Source of the DNA: Candidatus Dadabacteria bacterium
Lineage (GTDB): Bacteria; Desulfobacterota_D; UBA1144; Nemesobacterales; CSP1-2
Reading direction: 5' to 3'
Assembly: GCA_040289575.1 (NCBI GenBank)
Contig: PSLL01000004.1
Span: 50,002-101,218 of the forward strand
DNA length: 51,217 bases
Every line of letters starts with the position of its first letter. Position 1 is the first letter of the stretch. The translations under genes were made by a program, and so were the position numbers. This document shows positions 1 through 9,767 of this stretch, piece by piece. The notes beneath the pieces are model-generated. The model was not told where the DNA came from. It made no database searches and saw only the letters and a list, made by a program, of their open reading frames with translations.

Positions 1-1563
1 CTCTTCATCCAATTCCTCTTCAATTGCCTCTTCAGGCTCCAGTGATCCCAGGATATTCTGAAGTTCCTCTGTATACTTGCCCACGAGTTTTTCAGGCAAA
101 TCTCTATTAACCACATTACGCTCTACCAAAGTATCCGCCCATATTTTGCGCACCGTAGGATGCCTCTCTATTTTCTTGTACATAAGTGGCTGGGTAAAGG
201 TTGGCTCATCAGACTCATTGTGGCCATATCGCCTATATCCTATAAGATCAATTACAAAATCCTTATGAAATCTAGCGCGATAGGCATAAGCAAATGCCAT
301 GCGCGCAGCCTCGATACAGGCCTCCGGGTCGTCAGCATTTACATGGACAACCGGAATCTCAAATCCCTTTGCCAGATCACTTGCATAGAGCGTGCTTCGC
401 CCTTCTCTAGGACTCGTCGTGTAGCCTAACTGGTTATTTGTGATAATGTGAATCGTGCCACCGGTTCTATATCCAGGCAGACGAGAGAGATTGAGCGTCT
501 CGGCTACAATCCCCTGTCCTGGAAATGCGGCATCACCATGAATTAATATAGGTAGTGTCGCCGTATAATTGATCTTGGGCGAACCAGGTTCATTTACACT
601 TGTGCTTGCCGCACGAGCCATGCCCTCCACTACTGGATTAACCGCTTCTAAGTGGCTGGGATTGGGCGCTACAGTAACCACTAAATCCACCGGCTCACCA
701 CCTTTCATTGCCCTTCGCGCACCCTTATGGTATTTCACATCCCCCGTCCAGCCCAGGTCATCACGAAAACTATATGTTTGCACAGGGTCTTTGAATTCAG
801 CCAGAATCTGTGCATAAGGCTTATTCAAAATATGTGCAAGAACATTGAGACGACCACGGTGGGCCATACCAATTAATATGTTTTTAATACCAGTTTCCGC
901 CGCCTCTCCGATTAACTCATCGAGCATAGGCACCATCATATCAACCCCCTCTATGGAGAATCGGAATTTTCCGGGGAATATACGGTGCAGAAACTGCTCA
1001 AATACCTCTACTTGTGTGAGCCGTTCAAGTAGTGATTCAGTATCAATCGGGTCCTTAGGAGGGCGGAAAATACCCGATTCAGCCGCGTGCCTAAGCCATT
1101 CCCTTTCTTCCGGTACGTAGACGTGGCCATAGTCGTAACCGATTGTAGACGAATAGACTTTATACAAGGCTTCAATTGCCTCAAGGGCGTTTGCCGCCCT
1201 TTCAGCGATGGGACCGCCGATGAGGCTTGCAGGAAGCTGACGCAAGTCCTCCTCTGTTAATCCATGAGCCTTTGGGTCGAGCAATGGGTCTCCTGGAGGC
1301 GGACTACCCAGAGGGTCGAGTTTAGCACTTAGATGGCCATGCTTCCGAATGGCTTGAGCAAGGTTAACCACACCAACAATCTTATCAATGCCAAGTGCCG
1401 GTGTTGGTGCAACCCCGATAGCCACACCATCTATAGGAGGGGTCCATCTATCAAAGTACGCCCTTGTAGACGGATCAACAGAGCTTGGATTCTGTTTGTA
1501 TTGCTCATAAAGCTCCAATACATATCCCGCATTAGGTCCGTGAAAATCTTCCCAAATATTCAT
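1..1563 (-). CDS. sucA: 2-oxoglutarate dehydrogenase E1 component (N-terminal part; runs off the window edge)
   Basis: Absent from the ORF track because it has no stop in the window. Manual translation from ATG 1563 gives MNIWEDFHGPNAGYV..., KFRFSIEG, GMAHRGRLNVL, GDVKYHKG, NPSHLEAVNPVVEG, the TPP motif IHGDAAFPGQG...NNQLGYTT, and GYRRYGHNE. Confidence 0.96.
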   Translation of the reverse strand, partial: MNIWEDFHGPNAGYVLELYEQYKQNPSSVDPSTRAYFDRWTPPIDGVAIGVAPTPALGIDKIVGVVNLAQAIRKHGHLSAKLDPLGSPPPGDPLLDPKAHGLTEEDLRQLPASLIGGPIAERAANALEAIEALYKVYSSTIGYDYGHVYVPEEREWLRHAAESGIFRPPKDPIDTESLLERLTQVEVFEQFLHRIFPGKFRFSIEGVDMMVPMLDELIGEAAETGIKNILIGMAHRGRLNVLAHILNKPYAQILAEFKDPVQTYSFRDDLGWTGDVKYHKGARRAMKGGEPVDLVVTVAPNPSHLEAVNPVVEGMARAASTSVNEPGSPKINYTATLPILIHGDAAFPGQGIVAETLNLSRLPGYRTGGTIHIITNNQLGYTTSPREGRSTLYASDLAKGFEIPVVHVNADDPEACIEAARMAFAYAYRARFHKDFVIDLIGYRRYGHNESDEPTFTQPLMYKKIERHPTVRKIWADTLVERNVVNRDLPEKLVGKYTEELQNILGSLEPEEAIEEELDEE

Positions 1564-1664
1564 AATTCTCCCTAAACCTACTAATTATGAAAAGATATAT
1601 AAAATAATAACACAGATTTGAATTTTTTCTAAAAGCCAATTATAGTTAAATCATTTTCCACGGT

Positions 1665-1736
1665 TGTCATTGTGAGCGTAAGCGAAACAATTTCTATTTT
1701 TGAGATTGCTTCGTCTTTCTACTCCTCGCAATAACA
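1665..1736. repeat. Degenerate (C/T)GTC-tagged palindromic REP-like repeat, copy 1
   Basis: TGTCATTGTGAGCGTAAGCGAAACAAT...GAGATTGCTTCG...CTCGCAATAACA has complementary ends; a related copy lies at 9663-9745. Confidence 0.7.
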
Positions 1737-1754
1737 AGAAATAGGAGCCAGGCA

Positions 1755-2180
1755 ATGAAAAACGGAAAAACAGAGAGTCTCTACCATGTGGCAATTGCAG
1801 TAAAAAGCATTGATGAGGTATCAAAGCTCTATGAGTCTGCACTCGGCCTTAAGGTTACCCACACAGAGACTGTGGGGGAGCAGGGCGTAAAGGCAGCGAT
1901 GCTTGAGCCGGAGGACGGCGGAACCGCAATAGAGCTTCTCGAGCCGCTCAGCGACAATTCGCCAATCTCAAAATTCCTGAAAAAAAGAGGGGAAGGAATA
2001 CACCACATTTGCTTCCTTGTAGACGATATTGATTTGGCACTTGAGAGATTAAAAAAGGAGGGCGTACAGTTAATTGACCAATCCCCGCGCCCCGGAGCGC
2101 ATGGAACAAGGGTAGCATTCCTCCACCCAAAAGCCTTAAAAGGGGTTTTAATAGAGATTGCCGAGAGAGAAAAGAGGTAG
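1755..2180 (+). CDS. mce: Methylmalonyl-CoA epimerase (VOC family)
   Basis: HVAIAV, IELLEP, KFLKKRGEGIHHICF, RVAFLHPK, GVLIE motifs; AGGAG RBS; meaB nearby. Confidence 0.92.
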   Translation: MKNGKTESLYHVAIAVKSIDEVSKLYESALGLKVTHTETVGEQGVKAAMLEPEDGGTAIELLEPLSDNSPISKFLKKRGEGIHHICFLVDDIDLALERLKKEGVQLIDQSPRPGAHGTRVAFLHPKALKGVLIEIAEREKR

Positions 2181-2253
2181 ATGATTTAGGAATGACCGCC
2201 GCTAGACAAAACCCTAGAGATAAGCACGAGAACTAAAATAATAAATTGAGGGA

Positions 2254-2496
2254 CTACTTTGCTTCCTTTTTTTCGGTTGCCTTACCAGCGGTCTCAAGAT
2301 GAGTGCTTTCAATTCGACTGGTTTCATCCTTAGGCGGAGTCACATCAATCTCATCCGGCTCGCGCATAGCCTTTTTAAACCCCTTTATGCCCTTTCCAAG
2401 CGAAGAGCCTAGGTCTCCGAGTCTGCTTGGGCCAAATATTAAAAGGAGAATGACTAGAATTATAAGGAGTTCTCCCCAACCAAGATGACCAAACAT
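2254..2496 (-). CDS. tatA: Twin-arginine translocase TatA/TatE subunit
   Basis: LGWGELLIILVILLLIFGPSRL...LGKGIKGFKKAM; GAGGAGG RBS. Confidence 0.95.
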   Translation of the reverse strand: MFGHLGWGELLIILVILLLIFGPSRLGDLGSSLGKGIKGFKKAMREPDEIDVTPPKDETSRIESTHLETAGKATEKKEAK

Positions 2497-2556
2497 ATAT
2501 TACCTCCTCTTTTAAAAGGTTACCGAATAGAGCACTAATGTCAACAGACCGAAATT

Positions 2557-2585
2557 TTGACAAATCGAGTCCGCCGATTTATCGT
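2557..2585 (+). promoter_or_regulatory. sigma70-type promoter of meaB (TTGACA-N17-TATCGT), likely leaderless
   Basis: Consensus -35 with 17-nt spacer; -10 ends 7 nt before ATG 2593; no SD. Confidence 0.6.
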
Positions 2586-2592
2586 ATCTTCC

Positions 2593-3546
2593 ATGCCGAT
2601 TTCAGATAGAGAAGTAACACTCGTAGATAAAATGCTCCGTGGCGACCGCGTGGCGCTTGCGCGGCTTATAACCACTATTGAGAGCCGTCACAGTTCGGTT
2701 CCCGAAATCCTCAAGCGAATAAATTCAAAAACGGGACGGGCGTATATAATCGGTGTTACCGGCCCCCCGGGGGCTGGGAAAAGCACCCTGGTAAATGAGG
2801 TAATTCAATCCCTCAGGAAAAGAGGTAAAAAAGTAGGAGTAATAGCCATTGATCCATCAAGCCCGTTTACAGGAGGAGCGGTGCTTGGAGACAGAATCCG
2901 TATGCAGAACCACACACTCGACGAGGGTGTGTTCATAAGGAGTTTGGGGAGTAGAGGAAGTCATGGGGGATTATCCAGGGCTACAAGGGAAATAATGAAG
3001 CTCTATGATGCATTTGGCATGGACTATATCATTATCGAAACCGTAGGCGTGGGGCAGACGGAGCTTGATATTGTAGAGCTTGCAGATACTGTAATTGTTG
3101 TGTTTGTCCCCGAAGCGGGTGATTCGATTCAGACTATGAAGGCAGGGCTTATGGAAATCGGAGACATCTTTATCGTGAATAAGGCCGACAGAGAAGGAGC
3201 GGATAAACTATCGAGAGAGATTGAATATATGGTTTCCCTAAAACCGAGAGGGGATGAATGGAAAATCCCGGTCGCCCTTACAAGTGCACATGAGGGACGT
3301 GGAATAGAGGATGTGGTAAAAGCAATTGAGAATCATAAGGCATTCCAGATTAAGGACAGTCTACTTAAAGCGAAAAGAGAAAAGAGACGAGAAGAGGAAT
3401 TCCTGCGAATTATATCGGAAATCATAGAGCACAAGATTTCTGAAAAACTAAGAAGCAGCGAAATGAGGAGAATCTTAACCCTGGTCAAAAATGGAGAAAT
3501 AGACCCATACGAGGGAGCGGATTTAGTGATTTCAAGGATTCTTTAA
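2593..3546 (+). CDS. meaB: Methylmalonyl-CoA mutase-associated GTPase MeaB/ArgK
   Basis: GPPGAGKST, DPSSPFTGGAVLGDRIRM, ETVGVGQTE, NKAD. Start moved to ATG 2593 because the track's TTG 2557 is the -35 box. Confidence 0.95.
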   Translation: MPISDREVTLVDKMLRGDRVALARLITTIESRHSSVPEILKRINSKTGRAYIIGVTGPPGAGKSTLVNEVIQSLRKRGKKVGVIAIDPSSPFTGGAVLGDRIRMQNHTLDEGVFIRSLGSRGSHGGLSRATREIMKLYDAFGMDYIIIETVGVGQTELDIVELADTVIVVFVPEAGDSIQTMKAGLMEIGDIFIVNKADREGADKLSREIEYMVSLKPRGDEWKIPVALTSAHEGRGIEDVVKAIENHKAFQIKDSLLKAKREKRREEEFLRIISEIIEHKISEKLRSSEMRRILTLVKNGEIDPYEGADLVISRIL

Positions 3547-3748
3547 CGACTTTTTAACACAGCACAAAGGCAAGAGGAATGGATTTTTTCCCCAATTCCG
3601 TCAAAAGAACCGATTTTTTCAAAAACACTCAACTTGATTATAAATCCTATATTCGGTAGAATCTCCTTCGGGCAGACAGATTACAGGAATCAATTTGGGA
3701 GAGACTGGGGGGTTCTCACTACAAATTAACTGATTCCGGGATATACTC

Positions 3749-4477
3749 ATGGAATTTTTTATACTGGCTCTAACTCTTTTATCCATATTTTTGATTGCCA
3801 ACCTCTCCATACCCGAAGACGACAACAATATCTATACACAGAGGCGATGGGAGATGATTGAGACACAGATTGTCTCACGCGGGATTCGGGATTCAAAGCT
3901 CATTCGGGCAATGCTCAAGATACCAAGACACAAATTTGTTCCCGAAAATTTAAGAGACATTGCCTACGGTGATAATCCCCTTCCGATAGGGATGGAGCAG
4001 ACAATCTCTCAGCCCTATATCGTTGCCCTTATGACAGAACTCTTAAAACTAAATAGTGGAGAAAAGGTGCTTGAGGTAGGCACAGGCTCCGGTTATCAAA
4101 CGGCGATACTCACTGAGATGGGATGTGATGTCTATACAGTAGAAATACTCGAGCCTCTTTTAGAGAAGGCACGGCGGATTCTGAAATCCCTAGGGTACAA
4201 GAATATACATTACAAAGCCGGGGACGGATATAGAGGCTGGCCACAATTTGCGCCATTCGATGCAATAATCGTCACAGCCGCCCCAGACCATATGCCCCAA
4301 CCGCTTATTGAACAACTCAAGGTAAATGGCAGAATGATAATCCCGGTTGGAGCACAATACCAGGAACTTCTCCTTATAAAAAAAACCGACAAGGGCACAG
4401 AGATGAAGACCGTAACCCCGGTTCGGTTTGTCCCAATGACAGGAGAGGCACAGAAATCAAAAACCAGGGAAAATTAA
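3749..4477 (+). CDS. pcm: Protein-L-isoaspartate(D-aspartate) O-methyltransferase with hydrophobic N-terminus
   Basis: QTISQPYIVA, VLEVGTGSGYQTA, GDGYRGW..APFDAIIVTAA, VRFVPM. Confidence 0.95.
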   Translation: MEFFILALTLLSIFLIANLSIPEDDNNIYTQRRWEMIETQIVSRGIRDSKLIRAMLKIPRHKFVPENLRDIAYGDNPLPIGMEQTISQPYIVALMTELLKLNSGEKVLEVGTGSGYQTAILTEMGCDVYTVEILEPLLEKARRILKSLGYKNIHYKAGDGYRGWPQFAPFDAIIVTAAPDHMPQPLIEQLKVNGRMIIPVGAQYQELLLIKKTDKGTEMKTVTPVRFVPMTGEAQKSKTREN

Positions 4478-4497
4478 TAAGGCCCGCCTATTATAAC

Positions 4498-5505
4498 CTA
4501 AAGGTCTAATCTCACCGCATCGCCCTTTTCTATCTGCCTTGTACTTTCAATAATAATCCCGGTGGCAGCCTCCTTCTGAACATTAAGCACAACGAGCCTT
4601 CCAAGAAATGTGCCAGGAATGACCACATCCCTTCTGGCATCCGGGTCAAAAGCCCTGCGAGGGAGCTTATAGATTGAGAATGTATTTCCAGGAACCACTC
4701 CATCCTCCTGACCTACATCAATGTAGACGATGTCTCCCTTGCCGCTTAGTTCCACACTATTGAGAGTATCAACTACATACCCATCAACCTCCTCAATCCC
4801 CTTTTTAAGCACTACCTCCTTCACAAAAGGTTCAATGGGTCTAATCTTAGCTCCGCGCGTAATCTCTCTATATGAAGACGTGATTTTCGCAGATGACATC
4901 TTCTTACCTAAAACCTCTAATATCTCAATCTCTCCGAGAACAGCCACTTTATATCCGATTCTCCTTCCGGTTAAAGGATGAAGCACCGCCTTTGATGAAC
5001 GGAATACCGTAAATCTGTCTCCCAGTTGAACATTATCCTCTGAACCGACGTTTGTATAAACTATGTCACCCTCGCCAAGGAGAATCTTAGGCGGTTCAGA
5101 ACTAATAATGGTGCCCATATTCTCCCATTCATCGGGCAGTATAAGACCTTCGCTCCCTCCACGGGAGTAGAAGAACACAGGTGGCGGAGGCTCAATCATA
5201 CCAACAGTTTTTGATTTAATCTTCGGAGTAATTTTGACTACAGGGAGCGTAGGGACCTCAGGCGGAGCGGGCTTTAGGGAGAGCACATCGCCAGGATATA
5301 TAAGATTGGGATTATCAATGTAGGGGTTTAATTCCCAAAGACGGGGCCACAGGAGTGGGGTATTGAAAAACCTTTTTGATATCTTCGAGAGCGAATCCCC
5401 GGGGCGAATTACATATATAGTTACACCGCCTTTAGGTTCTGGAAGTTCCTGGGCTAAAGCCATACCGCCTAAAAAAACTGCCACCAGAATTAACTTTAGA
5501 CGCAT
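4498..5505 (-). CDS. Exported LysM peptidoglycan-binding protein with FlgT-C-like beta domains
   Basis: Signal peptide; YVIRPGDSLSKIS...WPRLWELNPYIDNPNLIYPGDVL; YIDVGQEDGVVPGNTF. Confidence 0.85.
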   Translation of the reverse strand: MRLKLILVAVFLGGMALAQELPEPKGGVTIYVIRPGDSLSKISKRFFNTPLLWPRLWELNPYIDNPNLIYPGDVLSLKPAPPEVPTLPVVKITPKIKSKTVGMIEPPPPVFFYSRGGSEGLILPDEWENMGTIISSEPPKILLGEGDIVYTNVGSEDNVQLGDRFTVFRSSKAVLHPLTGRRIGYKVAVLGEIEILEVLGKKMSSAKITSSYREITRGAKIRPIEPFVKEVVLKKGIEEVDGYVVDTLNSVELSGKGDIVYIDVGQEDGVVPGNTFSIYKLPRRAFDPDARRDVVIPGTFLGRLVVLNVQKEAATGIIIESTRQIEKGDAVRLDL

Positions 5506-5765
5506 CCTCTTGATACCTCCTTTAGGTATATATTATAGACCTCTACTTTAAACCCGCTTTCATACCTACCAGAAATTTACACCCTTTTGAAATAATTAAA
5601 AAGAGGCTCATAATTCTTCAAATCGTGTGTTTCCTAAGTTTATTGCTTTTTACATTTACACGCGCCTAATAGATTAGCCCATCCAATCTTTCATATATTT
5701 AACTTATAGTCTATAATTAACTCACACAGCACCCAAGATTCACGGGTACTCAATACACAAACTAT

Positions 5766-7253
5766 ATGGAAAGCCTCATCCTTATAAACGTGACCTTCAA
5801 TGAAACCAGGGTTGCCGTTGTAGAGAACGGAACACTTGCTGAGCTATACGTAGAGAGGAAATCACAGCCTCGAACAGTGGGCAACATCTATAAGGGAAGG
5901 GTCGGAAAGGTCATCCCCGGAATGCAGGCAGCATTCATTGATCTTGGGCTTGAAAGGTCGGGATTTATCTCTGTAGAAGACGTGCACGAAGACTCGTTTC
6001 TTGAATTCTTTCTGGAAGAAGACGAAATACAGGCGCAAAGAAGGCGTAGTAAGTCTCTAATCCAGGACATGCTTCGAGAGGGGCAGGAGGTCCTCGTTCA
6101 GGTTTTAAAGGAGTCCACCGGCGGAAAAGGCGCCAAACTATCCTCGCACATCGCTCTTCCGGGGAAATATCTCGTATTTCTCGGCACGGCCGACTTTGTA
6201 GGAATATCAAGAAGAATAGAGAATGAAGATGAGAGAAAAAGATTAAGCGATATTATAAGAGGCTCTAAGCCTAAGGGAGTCGGCTTTATTGCAAGGACGG
6301 CAAGTGCAGGGCGAACGGAAGATGAGATACGACAGGATATGGAGTATTTAACTGCACTATGGGAAGGAATTAAAAAGAGGGCGGATGAACAAAAAGCCCC
6401 CGTGCTTCTTTATGAGGAGCCTAGTCTCCATATAAGAGTCGTAAGAGACCTGATTACAAGCGACGTAAAGGGAATAATCGCAGACTCCGAGGATGTCTAT
6501 AAGGAAATATTGAGCTATTTTATGTCGCGTTTTCCTGAGCTGAGCACCAATATTGAACTTTACCGGGATCAGACCCCCCTTTTTATTCAGTTTGGAATAG
6601 AGCCTGAGATAAAGAAGATCTTTGAGAAAAAGGTTTGGCTTAAATCGGGCGGCCACCTTATCATAGAAGAGGCCGAAGCCCTGACTGTAATAGACATAAA
6701 CACCGGGAGATACCTGAGCGGTGGCACTCAGGAAGAAACCATATTCAAGATTAATATGGAAGCGGCTTCGGAGGCAGCGCGTCAGATACGGCTCAGAAAC
6801 CTCGTAGGGATAATCGTTATAGATTTCATAGATCTCAAGAATCGCTCAAAGAGGGAGGAGATTTTTCAAGCCTTCATTGAAGCCCTGAGAAAAGACAAAT
6901 CTCGCTCGGCGATACTCGAGATGTCCTCATTTGGAGTCGTTCAGATGACACGTCAGAGGATAAGAGAAAGCCTCCTTAAATCCCTCTCTGAACCGTGCAG
7001 CCACTGCGGCTCAGTCGGATACGTAAAATCTAAGGAGACGGTCTCTTATGAAATTATAAGGGGGATAAAAAATCATATAGCAAAACCCCTTGTGAGAAGA
7101 ATTCTGGTGCGTGCAAACGTAGATGTCATAAAAACTATGAATAAGATCGAGTTGGATGGTCTTAAGCAACTCGGGGCAGAGCGTGGAGTGGAAATACTCT
7201 TTGAGCCTAAGGAGACCCCGGATTTCGAGGATTTTGATATAAAAGCCGAATAG
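5766..7253 (+). CDS. rng: Ribonuclease G/E family endoribonuclease
   Basis: GNIYKGRV..VIPGMQAAFID, TVIDINTG, RLRNLVGIIVIDFID, PCSHCGSVG; length fits RNase G. Confidence 0.93.
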   Translation: MESLILINVTFNETRVAVVENGTLAELYVERKSQPRTVGNIYKGRVGKVIPGMQAAFIDLGLERSGFISVEDVHEDSFLEFFLEEDEIQAQRRRSKSLIQDMLREGQEVLVQVLKESTGGKGAKLSSHIALPGKYLVFLGTADFVGISRRIENEDERKRLSDIIRGSKPKGVGFIARTASAGRTEDEIRQDMEYLTALWEGIKKRADEQKAPVLLYEEPSLHIRVVRDLITSDVKGIIADSEDVYKEILSYFMSRFPELSTNIELYRDQTPLFIQFGIEPEIKKIFEKKVWLKSGGHLIIEEAEALTVIDINTGRYLSGGTQEETIFKINMEAASEAARQIRLRNLVGIIVIDFIDLKNRSKREEIFQAFIEALRKDKSRSAILEMSSFGVVQMTRQRIRESLLKSLSEPCSHCGSVGYVKSKETVSYEIIRGIKNHIAKPLVRRILVRANVDVIKTMNKIELDGLKQLGAERGVEILFEPKETPDFEDFDIKAE

Positions 7254-7254
7254 C

Positions 7255-7283
7255 TTGACACCAATTGGTTTCTAGCTTAACGT
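7255..7283 (+). promoter_or_regulatory. sigma70-type promoter upstream of rpsU (TTGACA-N17-TAACGT)
   Basis: Perfect -35 with 17-nt spacer, about 40 nt before the rpsU start. Confidence 0.55.
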
Positions 7284-7322
7284 TTATCTATACCATAATA
7301 AAAAGGGGGTGAGATAGAATAA

Positions 7323-7517
7323 ATGGCAGAAGTAATGATTGGGAAAAACGAAACCCTTGATAACGCCCTGAGAAGATTCAAAAGGCTCGTTGAAAAAGAG
7401 GGGATAATATCGGAGCTAAGAAAAAGAGATCACTATGAAAAGCCGAGCGATAAGAAGAAAAAAAGGGCACGCGCGGCAAGGCTTAGGCTTCTAAAGAAGA
7501 CCTCTAAAAAAGAGTAG
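7323..7517 (+). CDS. rpsU: 30S ribosomal protein bS21
   Basis: [31 protein letters not shown]. Confidence 0.96.
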   Translation: MAEVMIGKNETLDNALRRFKRLVEKEGIISELRKRDHYEKPSDKKKKRARAARLRLLKKTSKKE

Positions 7518-7526
7518 ATAGAATAT

Positions 7527-8285
7527 ATGGGCAAAATGCTCTTCCGGATATTTTTGGTTTCTCTGCTGATTGTCTTCTCGTGTAGCGGATCGGAAGACAA
7601 GGGCGGAGAAACCAAAATCCCTCAAAATCTCCCTCTCCAAACTATATCAAATAGAGAGCTTAAAGTCCAAAGGAATATCAATAAGGAGGAATCTAATACC
7701 CACTTTTCGTCTACTGACATAGGGAAAAACCATCCTCCGGAGGTCACATCAATCAGTATCGCTTATGTTTCTGATAACAATCCAAGGGGCGGATTAAGGA
7801 CTGTCGCGCGTGCAAAGGATCCGGATGGAGACGAGGTCAGTTTCAGATACCAGTGGAAGAGAAATGGGGAGAAAATCATAGGGGCGGTTGGCGATGCTCT
7901 AGAGTGGCAGGACAATTTTAAGAAGGGAGATAAAATCTCGGTAGAAGTCATTCCATATTATGGAAAGGATGAAGGGATCTGGAAGGCGGAAGGAGAGTTT
8001 ACTATTCCAAATTCCCCTCCGAGAATAACCTCGGAACCTGAGGCGAAAATGGAAGGAGGAAAATTTAGGTACGCCGTGAAGGCTGAAGACCCGGACGGAG
8101 ATCCAATAGAATTTACCCTAAAAGACGCTCCAAGGGGGATGTCAATAGACCCTAAAACTGGGATTATCACCTGGGATTTCAATGAGAAGGACGCCGGAGA
8201 ATATAGGGTTGAAGTAATAGCCTCAGACCCCGAAGGGGCTAAGTCCTCTCAAATACTTACCTTAACTATTCCCAAAGCTAAGTGA
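7527..8285 (+). CDS. Lipoprotein with Ig-like/cadherin-like domains
   Basis: Lipobox VFSC; two NxPPx...DPDGD units; GMSIDPKTGIITW. Confidence 0.75.
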   Translation: MGKMLFRIFLVSLLIVFSCSGSEDKGGETKIPQNLPLQTISNRELKVQRNINKEESNTHFSSTDIGKNHPPEVTSISIAYVSDNNPRGGLRTVARAKDPDGDEVSFRYQWKRNGEKIIGAVGDALEWQDNFKKGDKISVEVIPYYGKDEGIWKAEGEFTIPNSPPRITSEPEAKMEGGKFRYAVKAEDPDGDPIEFTLKDAPRGMSIDPKTGIITWDFNEKDAGEYRVEVIASDPEGAKSSQILTLTIPKAK

Positions 8286-8458
8286 ATGTAAAGGCGGTGA
8301 CCGTTCGCCCATAATGGCTCCTAATCCAGCACATACGGTTTATCCAGGTTTCATACAACAGTCTGCTAAATCCTGGAGCGAGTTTTAACCCATCCTTCCT
8401 AACTGATATAGAGGCCTGCAACTTTCCTCCCCTTCACTATCTGTTATCCTTAATTAAC

Positions 8459-9583
8459 ATGGTATCTATCGCAAGGCGCAATCTATTCTATGATAAAACC
8501 AGACTCGCCATTACGCTTGTGGGAATAATGTTTGCGGTGGTCCTCATGACCGCCCAGATTGGAGCGTATCTCGGGTTCGTAAGCAACGCCTCTCAGATTA
8601 TTGACCATTCCCCTGCAGACATCTGGATTACATCCAAGAATGCGGTGAATTTCGACTCGGCAAAACCATTTTCGGAAAATAAGATAGACAAGGTAAGAGA
8701 AATCAAAGGGGTGCTCTGGATTGAAAAGCTTGCCCAAACCTGGGGGCTTATGAAACTCAGAAACGGCGCTACGGAATCGGTTCAGATAATAGGCTTTAAC
8801 CCAGAGACTGGAATAGGCGGTCCTTGGAGGATGAAAGAGGGGGATATAAAGGACGTGAAGGTAGGAAACTCAATTATAGTTGATGAATCATCTTTGAGGA
8901 GGCTAAATGTCAAGCCCGGCGATAAGGTAGAGATATTTGACAAACAGACTAAGGTCGTTGGAATAAGCCAGGGCGTAAAATCATTCACGACTTATCCCAT
9001 AGCCTTTACCTCATACAAGACCGCAAAAAGCTATTCACGGATAATGAGAGATGATCAAACCACATTTGTCCTGGTAAAACTTCGGCCGGGAGTTGATGTC
9101 AATTCCGTCGTAGAAAAATTGAGGGAAACAATGAGCGGTGTTGACGTCTATACAAAAGAGGATTTCAGCGAAAAAACGAGAAGGTACTGGAGGGTTCAGA
9201 CTGGAATAGGAATTGGAATCGGAGTCACTGTACTACTTGGATTCATAGTAGGAACCGTAATTGTCGGACAGACTATATATTCTTCCACCATGGAGCACCT
9301 GCGCGAATTCGGAACACTCAAGGCGATCGGAGCTACAAACATGGACATTTACAAAATTATTTTTCAGCAGGCGCTCATCAATGCATGCATTGGATATGGA
9401 CTTGGTTTCGGGTTTACTCTGATTACAAGGAGCTTATACGAACGCCTCGGGGTGGTTCTGGTTCTGACTCCCCAGCTTATAGTGGCAATGTTTTTTATAA
9501 CTATGTTTATGTGTCTACTTTCTTCATTCATCTCAATTCAGAAGGCGGCAAAGGTTGACCCTGTGATTGTATTTAGGGCCTAG
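8459..9583 (+). CDS. ABC transporter permease (DevC/MacB-FtsX family)
   Basis: N-terminal TM, periplasmic domain, EFGTLKAIGA motif, three C-terminal TMs, DPVIVFRA end. Confidence 0.9.
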   Translation: MVSIARRNLFYDKTRLAITLVGIMFAVVLMTAQIGAYLGFVSNASQIIDHSPADIWITSKNAVNFDSAKPFSENKIDKVREIKGVLWIEKLAQTWGLMKLRNGATESVQIIGFNPETGIGGPWRMKEGDIKDVKVGNSIIVDESSLRRLNVKPGDKVEIFDKQTKVVGISQGVKSFTTYPIAFTSYKTAKSYSRIMRDDQTTFVLVKLRPGVDVNSVVEKLRETMSGVDVYTKEDFSEKTRRYWRVQTGIGIGIGVTVLLGFIVGTVIVGQTIYSSTMEHLREFGTLKAIGATNMDIYKIIFQQALINACIGYGLGFGFTLITRSLYERLGVVLVLTPQLIVAMFFITMFMCLLSSFISIQKAAKVDPVIVFRA

Positions 9584-9662
9584 TGCTTGAAATGTGTATA
9601 TTTGGCGCTAGATATTAGGTAGGATCAACAATGCCAATTCGCTTACCTAGTATAGAGAAACT

Positions 9663-9745
9663 TGTCGTGGCGCGGAAACTTAATTACAAAGCGATCCCAT
9701 CCTCAGACCAGGCATTGAGATTGCTTCAACACGCTCGCAATGACA
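9663..9745. repeat. Degenerate (C/T)GTC-tagged palindromic REP-like repeat, copy 2
   Basis: TGTCGTGGCG...GAGATTGCTTC...CTCGCAATGACA; 3' arm matches copy 1. Confidence 0.65.
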
Positions 9746-9767
9746 TCTACTTGAATATAAATAGAAT

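Noticed and set aside
1..1563. Possible horizontal origin of the compact sucA
   Set aside because: Only an impression from sequence style; needs a phylogeny.
77..1575. Short plus-strand ORFs at the window start
   Set aside because: Antisense shadows of sucA.
1651..1842. 63-aa minus-strand ORF
   Set aside because: Spans the palindromic repeat and antisense mce; no protein features.
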